From Opitutia bacterium (lineage in GTDB: Bacteria; Verrucomicrobiota; Verrucomicrobiia; Opitutales; Opitutaceae): a stretch of DNA of 64,000 bases. Shown here piece by piece: positions 20,643 through 31,998 of the stretch (position 1 is the first letter of the stretch; every line of letters starts with the position of its first letter). The notes under the pieces are model-generated. The model did not search any database. It saw only the letters and a program-made list of their open reading frames with translations, and was not told where the DNA came from. The stretch spans positions 512,001 through 576,000 of the forward strand of contig CANJVR010000002.1 of assembly GCA_947478395.1 (NCBI GenBank), read 5' to 3'. The translations under genes were made by a program, and so were the position numbers.

Positions 20643-20911
20643 GCGCTCAAACCAATGGGGCCCGGCCACGGAGGGCCAGCGAAGAAATCGGTCGAGGGTC
20701 ATTCAGGGGAGAACCCACCGCGCGCTGCGGGCCCCCGTCTCAGAAAAGGCAATCTCCAGTAGGTCGGAACCCGTTGACCTCCGCCGCGGCTGGCCGGGGT
20801 TCGGCGACACCTTCGTCCGCCACGGTCCATGCTCCGCCTCGCGCCCGTGCTTGCTTTAAGCGGAAAGCACCGGTGAAGATTACTGACCTCGAATCGCTTC
20901 GATAACTTTTC

Positions 20912-21823
20912 ATGACTCCCCAGGAACTAAAGAAAACCATGTCGGCGGGATTGCTCTCATTTCCCGTCACCGATTTCAACGCCGCCGGCGATTTTCGTGC
21001 CGACACCTATGCGCGGAGGCTCGAGTGGCTGATGCCCTACGGGGCCACGGTCCTGTTCGCGGCGGGCGGCACCGGTGAATTTTTCTCCCTCACGGCGCAG
21101 GACTTCACCGACGTGGTTCGCACGGCTGTGAACACCTGTCGCGGCGGCGTGCCGATCATCGCCGGGGCCGGCGGTCCGACCCGGCAGGCGATCGCGTTTG
21201 CGCAGGAGGCCGAACGCCTCGGGGCGCAAGGCGTGTTGTTATTGCCCCACTATTTGACGGAAGCGGGACAGGAAGGTCTGGCCGCTCACGTTGAAGCGGT
21301 TTGTCGCTCGGTAAAATGTGGCGTCATCATCTACAATCGCGGCGCCTGCCGCCTGACCGCGTCCACGCTGGCCCTGCTCGCGGAGCGCTGTCCGAACCTC
21401 GTCGGCTTCAAAGACGGCATCGGCGACATCGAACTGATGGTATCGATTCGTCGAAAAATGGGCGACCGCTTCGCCTACCTCGGCGGCTTGCCAACCGCGG
21501 AAGTTTACGCGGGCGCCTACAAAGCGCTCGGCGTGCCCGTCTATTCATCCGCGGTATTTAACTTCATCCCGAAAACCGCGATGGAATTTTATCGTGCGCT
21601 AGCGGTCGGAGATGAAGCCACGATGAACGGGCTCCTTGACCGGTTCTTCCTGCCGTATTTGGAAATCCGCAATCGCCGTCCCGGTTACGCCGTGAGCATC
21701 GTGAAAGCCGGAGCCAAGCTCGTGGGTCACGACGCCGGGCCCGTGCGGCCGCCGCTCGTGGATTTGACCGCGGAGGAAGACGCCAAACTCGCCGCGCTGA
21801 TTCAAGCCCTCGGTCCGCAATAA
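20912..21823 (+). CDS. kdgD: 5-dehydro-4-deoxyglucarate dehydratase
   Basis: [45 protein letters not shown]. Confidence 0.95.
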   Translation: MTPQELKKTMSAGLLSFPVTDFNAAGDFRADTYARRLEWLMPYGATVLFAAGGTGEFFSLTAQDFTDVVRTAVNTCRGGVPIIAGAGGPTRQAIAFAQEAERLGAQGVLLLPHYLTEAGQEGLAAHVEAVCRSVKCGVIIYNRGACRLTASTLALLAERCPNLVGFKDGIGDIELMVSIRRKMGDRFAYLGGLPTAEVYAGAYKALGVPVYSSAVFNFIPKTAMEFYRALAVGDEATMNGLLDRFFLPYLEIRNRRPGYAVSIVKAGAKLVGHDAGPVRPPLVDLTAEEDAKLAALIQALGPQ

Positions 21824-21942
21824 ACCGCCGGAGGGACTCCGGGCCTGCGCGTAAACACCCGCGCGCCGGTTCGTCTCCACCCTCGGGGAACTGTCGCTCA
21901 GCATCGATCTCTGTCGGATTTGTCGTAATTCCCTTACCCCAT

Positions 21943-23319
21943 ATGAACCAGCCCACTACCCCGCCCCAGACCAAGCGCACGAACGTGCGGTATGGGATCG
22001 TTTTCTTCCTGTTCCTGCTCACGTCGCTGAACTTCGCCGACCGCGCCACGCTCTCGATGGTCGGCACCGATGTCTCAAAAAAATTCGGGCTCGATAACGT
22101 CACGTTAGGCTACCTGCTGTCCGCGTTTTCGTGGTCCTACGTGCTGGCGCAATTGCCGGGCGGCTGGTTGCTGGACCGCAAGGGCCCGAAGCAGGTCTAC
22201 CTTTGGAGTATTATCCTGTGGTCGCTTTTCACGCTACTTCAGGGCTGCACGTTCGGCGGGGATTCGTTTTTCACGATCCCGAGGCCTTTCATGACTCCCA
22301 TGCTCGTCAGCGGTGCGGTGCTGATGTTATTCGGCCTTCGGTTTTTCCTCGGCGTGGCGGAAGCCCCGTCCTTCCCGGCCAACAGCCGCATCGTCGCGAG
22401 CTGGTTTCCCACGGCGGAACGCGGCACGGCCACGGCAATTTTCAACTCAGCGCAATACGCCGCGACCGTGATTTTCACGCCGATGATGGGCTGGATTATC
22501 CACAACTTCGGCTGGCAGCAGGTATTTTTCTTCATGGGCGGAGTCGGACTTCTCTTCGCCGCCGCGTGGCCGCGCTTGATCTACGCGCCGAGTGAACACC
22601 CGCGGGCCAATGCCGCCGAAGTCGAGCACATCGCGAGCGGTGGCGGCTTGATCGAGATGGGCAAACCGGTGAGCAAGCCCGGGGCCAAGGGCGGCTGGCC
22701 GGTGATGAAACAGCTCCTGGGAAACCGCATGTTGCTCGGGATCTATTTCGGCCAGTACTGCATCACCACCCTCACCTGGTTTTTCCTGACCTGGTTTCCA
22801 ATCTACCTCGTGAAGGAGCGTCACATGTCGATTCTCAAGGTCGGATTCGTCGCTGTGTTGCCCGCGCTCTGCGGCCTGACCGGCGGCATCCTCGGCGGGC
22901 TATTCTCGGATTTCCTCCTGCGCCGCGGGTGCTCGCTGACGGTCGCGCGCAAGACGCCCATCGTGGGCGGGCTGCTGCTTTCAGTGAGCATGGTGGGGTG
23001 CAACTACGTTAGCGCCGAAGCCGCCGTGATCGCGCTCATGAGTCTCGCCTACTTTGGCAAAGGCATCGGCGCCCTCGGCTGGGCGGTCGTTTCCGACTCC
23101 TCCCCCAAGGAGAGCATGGGGCTGAGCGGCGGGCTGTTTAACATGTTCGGCAACATTGCGGGTATAACCACCCCCATCGCCATCGGCTACATCGTCGACC
23201 GCACGCACTCGTTCAACGGAGCACTGGTGTTCGTCGGTGCGCACGCGCTCCTCGGCGTCATCAGCTTCCTTTTCGTCGTCGGCGAAATCAAACGCGTGGA
23301 ACTGCGCGCGACCGCCTAA
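21943..23319 (+). CDS. gudP: D-glucarate/galactarate MFS permease
   Basis: [47 protein letters not shown]. Lies between kdgD and gudD. Confidence 0.88.
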   Translation: MNQPTTPPQTKRTNVRYGIVFFLFLLTSLNFADRATLSMVGTDVSKKFGLDNVTLGYLLSAFSWSYVLAQLPGGWLLDRKGPKQVYLWSIILWSLFTLLQGCTFGGDSFFTIPRPFMTPMLVSGAVLMLFGLRFFLGVAEAPSFPANSRIVASWFPTAERGTATAIFNSAQYAATVIFTPMMGWIIHNFGWQQVFFFMGGVGLLFAAAWPRLIYAPSEHPRANAAEVEHIASGGGLIEMGKPVSKPGAKGGWPVMKQLLGNRMLLGIYFGQYCITTLTWFFLTWFPIYLVKERHMSILKVGFVAVLPALCGLTGGILGGLFSDFLLRRGCSLTVARKTPIVGGLLLSVSMVGCNYVSAEAAVIALMSLAYFGKGIGALGWAVVSDSSPKESMGLSGGLFNMFGNIAGITTPIAIGYIVDRTHSFNGALVFVGAHALLGVISFLFVVGEIKRVELRATA

Positions 23320-23335
23320 CCGTTTTCGCTTCCGG

Positions 23336-24685
23336 GTGACAACTTCCTTGTTCTCCTCCGCCGCCACGCCCCTCGTAACCGCCATGCGCGTCGTGCCGGT
23401 CGCTGGCCGCGACAGCATGCTGCTTAATTTGAGTGGCGCGCACGGGCCTTACTTCACTCGTAATGTCGTTTTGCTCACCGACAGCTCCGGGCATACGGGC
23501 GTCGGAGAAGTTCCAGGCGGCGAACGCATCCGACAAACGTTGGAAGACGCGCGGCCGTTAATCGTCGGTCGCGCCATTGGCGAATATCAAGTCGTCCTAG
23601 AAACAATCCGGGAGAAATTTGCCGAGCGCGATGCGGGTGGACGCGGACAACAGACCTTCGATCTCCGCGTAACAATTCACGCCGTGACCGCCGTCGAATC
23701 AGCTTTGCTCGACTTGCTCGGCCAGCATCGCGGGGTCGCCGTCGCCGACCTGCTCGGCACGGGCCGCCAACGGGATCGCGTGGAGGTGCTCGGCTATCTT
23801 TTCTACGTGGGCGACCGGAAGAAAACCGATTTGCCCTACGAACCCGCGCCGGCCGTCGGCGACGACTGGCAGCGGCTGCGTCACGAGGAAGCCATGACAA
23901 GCGCCGCCGTCGTTCGCCTCGCCGAGGCCGCGCACGCGCGTTACGGTTTCAACGATTTCAAACTCAAAGGCGGCGTGTGCCGTGGCGACGAAGAAATGGA
24001 AGCCGCCGCCGCCCTTGCCGCGCGTTTTCCCAAGGCCCGCGTCACCCTCGATCCCAACGGCGCGTGGTCCCTGGATGAAGCCGTGCGGTTGTGCCGTGGA
24101 CAGCACCACGTGCTCGCGTACGCCGAGGACCCGTGCGGCGCGGAAAAGGGATTTTCGGGCCGTGAAATCATGGCGGAATTTCGCCAGGCCACGGGATTGC
24201 CCACCGCGACGAATATGATCGCGACCGACTGGCGCGAGCTCGGACACGCCCTCGCGCTCAAAGCGGTGGATATCCCGCTCGCCGACCCTCATTTTTGGAC
24301 GATGCAGGGCTCCGTGCGCGTGGCCGAGGTCTGCGCAAAGCATGGCCTGACCTGGGGATCGCACTCGAACAATCACTTCGATATCTCGCTCGCGATGTTC
24401 ACGCACGTCGCCGCGGCTGCGCCCGGCAAAACGACGGCCATCGACACGCACTGGATCTGGCAGGACGGCCAGCGCCTGACCAAGGAGCCGCTCAAAATTC
24501 GCGACGGCTACCTTACCGTACCGGAGCGCCCCGGACTTGGCATCGAGATCGACCTCGCGCAGCTCGACCTCGCGCACGAACTTTACCGGAGCATGGGGCT
24601 TGGCGCCCGCGACGATGCGATGGCGATGCAGTATTTGATCCCCGGCTGGAAGTTCGATCCGAAGCGGCCTTGCCTCGTGCGGTAA
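23336..24685 (+). CDS. gudD: Glucarate dehydratase (enolase superfamily)
   Basis: [49 protein letters not shown]. Likely GTG start. Confidence 0.93.
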   Translation: MTTSLFSSAATPLVTAMRVVPVAGRDSMLLNLSGAHGPYFTRNVVLLTDSSGHTGVGEVPGGERIRQTLEDARPLIVGRAIGEYQVVLETIREKFAERDAGGRGQQTFDLRVTIHAVTAVESALLDLLGQHRGVAVADLLGTGRQRDRVEVLGYLFYVGDRKKTDLPYEPAPAVGDDWQRLRHEEAMTSAAVVRLAEAAHARYGFNDFKLKGGVCRGDEEMEAAAALAARFPKARVTLDPNGAWSLDEAVRLCRGQHHVLAYAEDPCGAEKGFSGREIMAEFRQATGLPTATNMIATDWRELGHALALKAVDIPLADPHFWTMQGSVRVAEVCAKHGLTWGSHSNNHFDISLAMFTHVAAAAPGKTTAIDTHWIWQDGQRLTKEPLKIRDGYLTVPERPGLGIEIDLAQLDLAHELYRSMGLGARDDAMAMQYLIPGWKFDPKRPCLVR

Positions 24686-24711
24686 GCGCACCCGTAAAAT
24701 AGGCGTCGGAG

Positions 24712-24801
24712 GCAGGGCTGCTATCCCTACCCCGTCGCTGCGACTTTGCGCACCGGAAAATCAACGCTAAGCCGGCGCGTTAAAGACAACGCGCGCTCGC
24801 C
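24712..24801. repeat. Degenerate copy of the 90-bp GTAG palindromic element
   Basis: gcagggctgctatccctacccc...ccggcgcgttaaagacaacgcgc. Arms resemble the copies at 62030 and 62876; it sits between convergent genes. Confidence 0.55.
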
Positions 24802-24802
24802 C

Positions 24803-25717
24803 TCAAACCTTCAACTCGGGATGGTCTCGCACATATTCCGTCACGTAATTCCCGAACGCCGCTTTCAAGCGCATCGCGACGGATTCGGGATAAACCCTGA
24901 ATCGAGCCGCATCGATCGCTGCCACCGGCATCACATCCTTGGTGGTCGAAATCAGAAAACACTCCTCTATTCCCGCTAAATCCTCCGGCCGCACCGTTTC
25001 TTCCCGCATCGTCACTCCAGCCTCGGCCGCAATTTTATCAAGCAGTAATCCCCGCGTAATCCCGCACAAAATGCCGGCTGAGACCGGCGGCGTGAGCACG
25101 ATGCCGTCACGGACAAAACCAATATTGGAAACGGCCGCCTCGGTGATTTCTCCCGCCAAGTTTAGAATCACGACTTCATCCGCACCGCGTGAGCGCGCCT
25201 CTCGCAGCGCGAGGACGTTGTTAAGATAATTTCCTGTTTTCCACGCCGGGCTGAGGCTCTCAATAGAATTTCGTCGCACCGTCGTGGCCACGGAAAGCGT
25301 CAGCCCCGTCGTCATTTTCGCCACCGTCAATTCCGGACAGGGCTGGACCAGCAAGACGAAGTCCGCGCGTTCCGCCAAAGCGGTATCGAGCCCGATGGCT
25401 CCGCTGCCACGCGTGATCTGCAACCGGATATACAGCTCGCCTGTAAAATTCGTCGCCGCGCGAAACGCCGCGATCGTCCGCCGGATTTCTTCTAGCATCG
25501 GACCCCGCGTGAAAAGCAGATCGAGATGCAGGGCCCTCGCCGACTCCTCCAATCGTCGCCAGTGTTCCTCCCACGCGAAAATCACGCCACGATACGTGCG
25601 CCACACTTCATAAATAGCGTCGCCGTATAAAAACCCGCGATTCAGCGGCGAGATCGAAGGCTCATGCGCGCCATGGAGCCGTCCGTTCGTATTGGCCTGA
25701 ATAAATGAAACCGACAT
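24803..25717 (-). CDS. PLP-dependent aminotransferase class IV (IlvE/PabC/D-amino-acid family)
   Basis: RGFLYGDAIYE, WKTGNYL, ITEAAVSN, ILCGITR. Confidence 0.9.
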   Translation of the reverse strand: MSVSFIQANTNGRLHGAHEPSISPLNRGFLYGDAIYEVWRTYRGVIFAWEEHWRRLEESARALHLDLLFTRGPMLEEIRRTIAAFRAATNFTGELYIRLQITRGSGAIGLDTALAERADFVLLVQPCPELTVAKMTTGLTLSVATTVRRNSIESLSPAWKTGNYLNNVLALREARSRGADEVVILNLAGEITEAAVSNIGFVRDGIVLTPPVSAGILCGITRGLLLDKIAAEAGVTMREETVRPEDLAGIEECFLISTTKDVMPVAAIDAARFRVYPESVAMRLKAAFGNYVTEYVRDHPELKV

Positions 25718-25751
25718 GAGCTTGAAAATTCAACGACGGCGCCCACTAGCC

Positions 25752-25784
25752 AAACAAAAAGCCCCGCTGCTTGCGCGCGGGGCT
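25752..25784 (-). terminator. Intrinsic terminator
   Basis: Stem agccccgc / gcggggct with an A-run on +, just downstream of the 25807-26175 gene. Confidence 0.75.
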
Positions 25785-25806
25785 GAAAATAAAAATCACG
25801 AAACGC

Positions 25807-26175
25807 TTACTTGCGGGCTTTGACGAGCCCCAGCTTCGTTTTGATGTTCTGCACGCTCGGCAGCGAAATCCCGACGGCACTTGCGATTTTTGAGCCGGAT
25901 GTTTTTTCGGCGAGCATGCGCTTTACTTCGGCTACGATGGCATCGGTGATGACAGCGCGTTTGCGTTTTTTAACGCCAGCTTTCTTAGCCACCTTGCCTT
26001 TGCTCCGTCCACCCGAGGCAGCCTTGACTGCTTTAATGAACGATTTGACGGAATCGAAATCGTATTTAGCCGGAAGACCGGCCAGTTCTCGACTGAGTTC
26101 AGCGGCAATAGCTTTTTCCAGATCGGCCACCTTCGCTTTGGTGGCGTTGAGTTCTTTAATTTTTTCAGTAACCAT
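25807..26175 (-). CDS. Small Lys-rich protein, coiled coil plus C-terminal HTH; putative nucleoid-associated protein
   Basis: 122 aa with its own terminator. Heptad N-terminus, basic linker and SGSKIASAVGISLPSVQNIK HTH-like end. Confidence 0.75.
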   Translation of the reverse strand: MVTEKIKELNATKAKVADLEKAIAAELSRELAGLPAKYDFDSVKSFIKAVKAASGGRSKGKVAKKAGVKKRKRAVITDAIVAEVKRMLAEKTSGSKIASAVGISLPSVQNIKTKLGLVKARK

Positions 26176-26249
26176 AAGCGCTGACTACACCGTCACTATA
26201 TCGTCGCCGCAAGTCTCAATATAGACGCTAAGTACATTGTGCATCGCGC

Positions 26250-27041
26250 CTAAATGGTCATAGCGTGATAGCCGCCGTCGACCACGATCTCGGCGCCGGT
26301 GATAAAGCCACCCGCGGCATCGCTCGCGAGCAACAGCGTGGCACCGATCAATTCACGTGCTTCGCCGAACCGTTTCATCGGCGTGTGGCCCATGATCGAG
26401 GTCACGCGATCAGGGGAAAGAATCTTGCGATTCTGCTCGGCCGGGAAAAATCCCGGGACCACCGTGTTAACGCGGACACCCTTCGGGGCCCATTCGCGGG
26501 CCAGATTTTTGGAGAGATTGTGTACGGCGGCCTTACTCGCCGAATAAGTGAAAACGCGGGAGAGCGGCACCAAGCCCGACATCGAACCCAGGTTGATGAT
26601 CGATCCGCCGGACCCGCGCTCCACGAGATATTTCCCGAAAATCTGGCAGCCGAGAAACACGCCCTTGAGGTTGATCTTGATGATGCGGTCGAACTCATCC
26701 TCCGCGATTTCAAGAAACGGAGTGGCCGAGTTTACGCCGGCGCCGTTAACGACGATGTCGATCTGACCCGAACGTTTCAGCACCGTGTCGAGCAACGTCT
26801 GCACCGCCAATTTATCGCTCGCCTCGGCTGAAACAAAATAACCTTTGCCGCCCGCCGCGTGAATGCGCTCAAGCCGCGGCTTGGCTTTCTCCTCGTTGCG
26901 ACCGACCAGCACGACCTCCGCGCCCGCCGCGGCCAGGCCCTCGCCCATCGCTCCGCAGAGTTCTCCCGTGCCGCCAATGACAACCGCGACTTTGCCACGG
27001 AGAGAGAACAGTGCATTCAAATAGTCAGGGGAGGTGCTCAT
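26250..27041 (-). CDS. SDR family oxidoreductase (sugar-acid dehydrogenase-like)
   Basis: [22 protein letters not shown]. Confidence 0.9.
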   Translation of the reverse strand: MSTSPDYLNALFSLRGKVAVVIGGTGELCGAMGEGLAAAGAEVVLVGRNEEKAKPRLERIHAAGGKGYFVSAEASDKLAVQTLLDTVLKRSGQIDIVVNGAGVNSATPFLEIAEDEFDRIIKINLKGVFLGCQIFGKYLVERGSGGSIINLGSMSGLVPLSRVFTYSASKAAVHNLSKNLAREWAPKGVRVNTVVPGFFPAEQNRKILSPDRVTSIMGHTPMKRFGEARELIGATLLLASDAAGGFITGAEIVVDGGYHAMTI

Positions 27042-27152
27042 ATAAGAGCGTGCATCAAAGTCGACACTCCGCGCGCAAATCAACGGCAAACCCTGCGCTC
27101 TGTGCCGGCATTCGGCTTGCGAGGCTGGGTCCGCCGGACACCGTGAGCCCAC

Positions 27153-27977
27153 ATGCCTCGCATCCCGCTCGAAGATAATTTCAACGATGTCATCAATAAA
27201 GCCCAGCGCGGTCTGAAAATTTCTGATGCCGATCTCGCCAAGCGGGCCGAGGTCTCACTCGAGGATCTCGCCGCCGTCAAACGCGGCGAACCGATCGAGG
27301 CCGTCTACCGCCGCGTCGCCCGCCATCTTCGACTCGGACCCGAAACGCTGGCCCAGCTCGCGCAAAAGCGCTGGTACCCGCAGCCGCCCATCTTCACCCG
27401 CGGCTTCGCGATGTTCAACACGCCGTTCGAAAACATGACGGTTAACAGTTATCTTATCTGGGATTCCCGCACCAAGGAAGCAGCCGCCTTCGATACCGGT
27501 GCCAACTGCGACGACATGCTCAGCCTGATTGATTCCGAGAAGCTCAAGGTCACCGCCATTTTTCTAACGCACACCCACGAAGATCATATCGCCGATCTGC
27601 CCAAACTGGCGAAGGCGATCAACGCCACGGTGTGGGCCCACGAACTTGAACCGTCGGATTATCCCGGAGCGAAGACCTTTAAGGAAAACGCCCATTTCCA
27701 TTTCGGTGAACTCGCCGTGAAAACGCTTCTGACTTCGGGCCACTCGCCGGGCATGACCTCGTATTTTATCACCGGCCTGAGCTTTCCGCTGGCGATTGTG
27801 GGCGATGCGATCTTTGCCTCCTCGATGGGCGGCAGTGCGGAGCATTTCAAGGAGCAGTTCGAAAATAATCGGACCAAGCTCATGACGCTTTACCGCGATA
27901 CGGTCTTCGCTCCCGGTCACGGCCCGCTGACGACGCTGAATCAAGAGCGTATCAACAATCCGTTCATCGCACGCTGA
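27153..27977 (+). CDS. MBL-fold metallo-hydrolase with N-terminal XRE-like HTH
   Basis: THTHEDH, GHSPG, GDAIF, PGHG. N-terminal [11 protein letters not shown] helix pattern. Confidence 0.88.
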   Translation: MPRIPLEDNFNDVINKAQRGLKISDADLAKRAEVSLEDLAAVKRGEPIEAVYRRVARHLRLGPETLAQLAQKRWYPQPPIFTRGFAMFNTPFENMTVNSYLIWDSRTKEAAAFDTGANCDDMLSLIDSEKLKVTAIFLTHTHEDHIADLPKLAKAINATVWAHELEPSDYPGAKTFKENAHFHFGELAVKTLLTSGHSPGMTSYFITGLSFPLAIVGDAIFASSMGGSAEHFKEQFENNRTKLMTLYRDTVFAPGHGPLTTLNQERINNPFIAR

Positions 27978-28245
27978 TCTCCGGTCTGCGTCTAAGCACC
28001 GCGCCGAAAAATCACCGACGCCGGCGTCGGGTTGCATGGCGCGCCGGTTAAAAATTTACGGACAAATCATCACGGCCGGCTCCGACCGCCGAGTTTCCGC
28101 GGCTCTCAAGCTCGGTCGGCAACGAGGTGCGGCGAAGCCAGCGGCATTCTTTATCTGATTTAGCCGGGCGATACCGTAATCGAAGGACGCTGCATCGACT
28201 CACTCCGCGCTGGCGCAATGTGGACTTGAGAGCCGTCACGGGCGC

Positions 28246-28479
28246 ATGGCAGAGTGGCCGTTCTTGAAGAACCCCCTCAGAATTTTCCACCTCGTCCTGA
28301 TTATCTTCGCCTTAACTCCGCTGCGGGCGGCCGAACGCTCCGTCGAGAATTCGTACTCCGTCGTGCCGGACGGCGCGCTTCTCACGTCGCGAGCGAGCGG
28401 CAAAAATGTGAAGTTAGAGCCGTTTATGCAGTTCATCGACGAGGAAGCCATGGACGCGATTTCTAGTCGAAAAACCTAA
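28246..28479 (+). CDS. Possible small exported hypothetical protein or gene remnant
   Basis: Signal-peptide-like LRIFHLVLIIFALTPLRAAE; ends 13 bp before the tatD start. No family recognised. Confidence 0.3.
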   Translation: MAEWPFLKNPLRIFHLVLIIFALTPLRAAERSVENSYSVVPDGALLTSRASGKNVKLEPFMQFIDEEAMDAISSRKT

Positions 28480-28492
28480 GCTCAAACACCCT

Positions 28493-29314
28493 GTGGCGAT
28501 CATCGATACTCACACTCATTTGGATGTATTCGCACGGCGCGGCGAACTGCCGGCTGTATTGAAGCGAGCCCGGGAGGCAAACGTCGTTGCCATGATCACA
28601 ATCGGGACCGCCCCCGATGATTGGACGCTGTATCGCGATTTAACCCGAGAGCATCGCGGGATCGTCTATTACACGGTCGGGCTGCATCCGTGTTCGGTGG
28701 ACGCCGACTGGGAAACGGCGGTCAGCCAGATCGAAGCGTTCTGGAACGAGAGCGATGCCGACTCCCGTCCGCGACCCGTGGCCTTGGGCGAATGCGGATT
28801 GGACCGATTCCATTTGCCGAAGGACGACGCCGCCCGGGCCGCCGAAATCTTCTCATGGCAACAGGCGGCTTTCGCTCGGCAGCTCGCGCTCGCTCGCCGC
28901 CTGGGCTGTCCATTGGTCGTGCATTCGCGCGGCGCATTCACCGAATCCGTCGCAATGATTGAGGCGAGCGGGGTCGATTGGAAGCGGGTGGTATTTCACT
29001 GCTTCACCGAAGGTCCGGCTGAAATCGCCGAGCTCGTGCGCCGTGGGGCCTGTGCCTCATTCACCGGAATTCTCACTTACAAGTCGGCCGAAAACGTCAG
29101 GAACGCCGCCAAGGCCCAGGGACTCGCCGCCCTGATGATAGAAACCGACGCGCCTTTTCTCGCCCCGGTGCCGCATCGCGGCGAAACCAATGAGCCCGCT
29201 TTTTTGCGGCACACGGCTGAGTATGCCGCGCGCACGGTTTTTGGCACGACGTTCGAAACGTTCGCGGCCACTACGTCGGCCAACGCGCGGCGATTCTTCG
29301 CTCTGGAAAGCTAG
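28493..29314 (+). CDS. tatD: TatD family hydrolase
   Basis: IDTHTH, GLHP, LGECGLD, VHSR, FHCF, IETDAPFLAP. Confidence 0.93.
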   Translation: MAIIDTHTHLDVFARRGELPAVLKRAREANVVAMITIGTAPDDWTLYRDLTREHRGIVYYTVGLHPCSVDADWETAVSQIEAFWNESDADSRPRPVALGECGLDRFHLPKDDAARAAEIFSWQQAAFARQLALARRLGCPLVVHSRGAFTESVAMIEASGVDWKRVVFHCFTEGPAEIAELVRRGACASFTGILTYKSAENVRNAAKAQGLAALMIETDAPFLAPVPHRGETNEPAFLRHTAEYAARTVFGTTFETFAATTSANARRFFALES

Positions 29315-29326
29315 CGGACAAACCGA

Positions 29327-29629
29327 TCAGGCCTCGTCGAATTTGCGGTCGAACAAAGATTCCAGCTCGGTCAACATTTCCGCGGCATCAGGCCCGGTGA
29401 CCAAAAACTTGACCTTAGAATCCTTGCAGGCCGCCAACATCATGAGGCCCATGATACTCTTGCCGTTCACCTGCTCGTCGTCTTTTTCCACGAAAACATC
29501 GGCCTTAAATTTATTAGTGATACGCACGATCATGGCCGCAGGCCGGGCATGAATCCCCATCTTGTTCTGTACCACCAGCTCCTTGTTCAGAGGCTGGGCC
29601 GCAATGGGTGTGGCGTTGGTTTTATTCAT
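29327..29629 (-). CDS. ptsH: HPr phosphocarrier protein
   Basis: GIHARPAA (His15 equivalent) and NGKSIMG (Ser46 equivalent). Confidence 0.93.
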   Translation of the reverse strand: MNKTNATPIAAQPLNKELVVQNKMGIHARPAAMIVRITNKFKADVFVEKDDEQVNGKSIMGLMMLAACKDSKVKFLVTGPDAAEMLTELESLFDRKFDEA

Positions 29630-29712
29630 GAGGGAGGGACGAGAATGACCGGCCAACGTCGGTTAACCCGGCTCGGCTTGCAACCCCAAAGCCACCCGCC
29701 ACCATGCCAACG

Positions 29713-30459
29713 ATGTCGCGAATCGCCATAATCGTTCCGTGCCGCCTTGAATCGACCCGCTTCCCGCGCAAGTTGTTACATCAAGTCAAAGGCAAGTCAC
29801 TCGTGACGTGGGTCGCCGAGCGAATTTCCCGAGAAATGCCCGATCTGCCGCTCTACTTCGCGGTCGATCACGAGCTGTTGCGCAGCTGCCTGGTCGCGGA
29901 GGGCTTCAAGACGATCATGACCTCGGTCCATCACGCCAGTGGCACCGATCGGATTGCCGAGGCCAACCGACAGATCGGCGCGGACCTCGTGATCAACGTC
30001 CAGGCCGACGAGCCCCTGGTTTCCGCCCGACAAATCGGAGCATTGGCCGAACTGATCGCGGGTCCGGCCGATATGGCAACGCTCGCCACGCCGTTTACAA
30101 CCGCCGCCGATTTCGCGAACCCAAATCAAGTCAAAGTCGTGCGCGGCAACGATGCGCGCGCACTTTATTTTTCTAGAGCACCCATGCCCTTCGCGCGAGA
30201 GCTCGGTGGAAAAGTCGACGATGCATGGGTGCGCGCCAACCCCTGCTTCCGGCATCTCGGCCTCTACGCCTACAAGGCAGACCTTCTCGAAAAATTCGCG
30301 CGATTGCCCGTTGGCCAGCTGGAGCAGATTGAGAAATTGGAACAGCTCCGCGTGCTCGAAAACGGTTATCAAATCGCGTGCGGCCTGACCGACGATCCGA
30401 CGATCGGCGTGGACACACTAGAAGACGCGGTGAAGTTCGAAAAATGGCTCAGCGCTTGA
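29713..30459 (+). CDS. kdsB: 3-deoxy-manno-octulosonate cytidylyltransferase
   Basis: PCRLESTRFPRK, SGTDR, NVQADEP, LYFSRA, HLGLYAY, EKLEQLR, GVDT. Confidence 0.95.
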   Translation: MSRIAIIVPCRLESTRFPRKLLHQVKGKSLVTWVAERISREMPDLPLYFAVDHELLRSCLVAEGFKTIMTSVHHASGTDRIAEANRQIGADLVINVQADEPLVSARQIGALAELIAGPADMATLATPFTTAADFANPNQVKVVRGNDARALYFSRAPMPFARELGGKVDDAWVRANPCFRHLGLYAYKADLLEKFARLPVGQLEQIEKLEQLRVLENGYQIACGLTDDPTIGVDTLEDAVKFEKWLSA

Positions 30460-30822
30460 AAATCTGAAAGTTGTCTTCGAAGCGCTCCGGTCGCGCACTT
30501 AATTCTCAGGGATAAACTTGTTCACGCTCGGCGCACCGCTGCGGGTTTCACATCACCCCTCGAGGTATTTCATCCGCGGTCGTCGGATGGCGCCGGTATC
30601 ACGCTTCCCATCGCCGGTTTCCCGGCCGAAGGTGCAACGGCATGGAATCCTGGTCGACCTGCTGAAACCCGACGGCGGCCGCGCCGCGCGGTCGGGAAAA
30701 GAGCGAGAACGACGGCGGACATCTCTAAGACGAAAGAGCGGATAATCTCACGATCGGCAAAGGCAGGTAACACCGTTCCGCACCGGAACGAGATCAGCCT
30801 CCATCTGCGAATGCGCCCGCGT

Positions 30823-31998
30823 TCAGATTTTACCGGCCTTGCGCGCTGCCACCATTTTGTAGAAATCCAAGAAAAGCGGATCGGCGTCGTTCGGACCCGG
30901 CGCGGCTTCGGGGTGATATTGAACGCTGAAGACCGGGAGCTTCGTATGGCGCAGACCTTCGACGGTGTTGTCGTTGAGATTGATCTCGGTGACTTTTGCG
31001 CCGCGCTTTTCGAGACTCGCCGGATCGGTCGCGAAACCGTGATTCTGCGCGGTGATCGAGACCTTGCCGGTCTCGATATTTTTTACCGGCTGGTTGCCAC
31101 CGCGGTGGCCGAATTTGAGTTTAAACGTCGTGCCGCCCAGCGCGTGAGTGAGCATCTGATGCCCGAGGCAGATTCCGAAAATAGGATAATCCGGAATAAG
31201 CTTTGTCACCGTCTGGTGCACGTAGCCGAGTGCGGCGGGATCGCCGGGGCCGTTCGATAGAAACACGGCGTCAACGTTGTGTTCTTTCACCTGCTCGGCG
31301 GTCGCCGTGGCCGGAAACACCTGCACCTCGAAACCGTGCCGAACGAGCTTGCGGAAAATCGTGTGCTTCGCGCCGAAATCAAAGGCGGCGACTTTGAAAC
31401 GCTTGGTCGGAGGCGGTGCGGCGTTGAACGACGTCCCCACGGGCAAATACGCCGCATTGTAGTTCGCCGGATCGTCGCTGCTCCAGATATAGGGTGCCTT
31501 GCAGGTAACGTCCTTCACGTAATCGCTCCCCGCCATGTCGCGCCACCCGCGGGCGCGTTTGATCGCCTCCTCGTCTGAAATCGGCAGCGTGCTGAGACAA
31601 CTCTTCATCGCGCCATCGACCCGCAGTTTTTTGGTGAGCGCGCGCGTGTCGATTTCGGCGAGTCCCGGTAGGCCGTATTTTTTCAGATAATCGTCGAGGG
31701 AAATCTGGCTGCGCCAGTTGGAAACGATCGGTGAAAGCTCGCGGACCACGAAACCGGCGCACTTTGGTCCACCGGCAGACTCTTCATCAGCGGCGGTGAG
31801 ACCGTAGTTGCCGATTTGCACGGCGGTCATCGTCACGATTTGTCCAAAGTAGGACGGATCAGTGAGGATTTCCTGATAGCCAGTCATGGAAGTATTGAAG
31901 ACGCATTCGCCGGCGATGGTGGCGTCGGCCCCAAACGCGCGACCGCGAAACACACTACCGTCTTCGAGGGCTAGAACTCCGGGTTTGAACGAGGACAT
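30823..31998 (-). CDS. carA: Carbamoyl-phosphate synthase small subunit
   Basis: FNTSMTGYQEILTDPSY, SNGPGDP, GICLGHQ, QYHPEAAPGP. Confidence 0.98.
   Translation of the reverse strand: MSSFKPGVLALEDGSVFRGRAFGADATIAGECVFNTSMTGYQEILTDPSYFGQIVTMTAVQIGNYGLTAADEESAGGPKCAGFVVRELSPIVSNWRSQISLDDYLKKYGLPGLAEIDTRALTKKLRVDGAMKSCLSTLPISDEEAIKRARGWRDMAGSDYVKDVTCKAPYIWSSDDPANYNAAYLPVGTSFNAAPPPTKRFKVAAFDFGAKHTIFRKLVRHGFEVQVFPATATAEQVKEHNVDAVFLSNGPGDPAALGYVHQTVTKLIPDYPIFGICLGHQMLTHALGGTTFKLKFGHRGGNQPVKNIETGKVSITAQNHGFATDPASLEKRGAKVTEINLNDNTVEGLRHTKLPVFSVQYHPEAAPGPNDADPLFLDFYKMVAARKAGKI

Noticed and set aside
29416..29433. HPr segment AACKDS instead of the more usual AAGKGS
   Set aside because: The His15 and Ser46 sites are intact, and two substitutions cannot be judged without an alignment.
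30620..30730. Glycine riboswitch-like gccgaaggtgcaa and hammerhead-like ctgctga...gaaa words
   Set aside because: The other required elements (GGAGA...CTCAGG; CUGANGA core) are missing, and there is no downstream gene on that strand.
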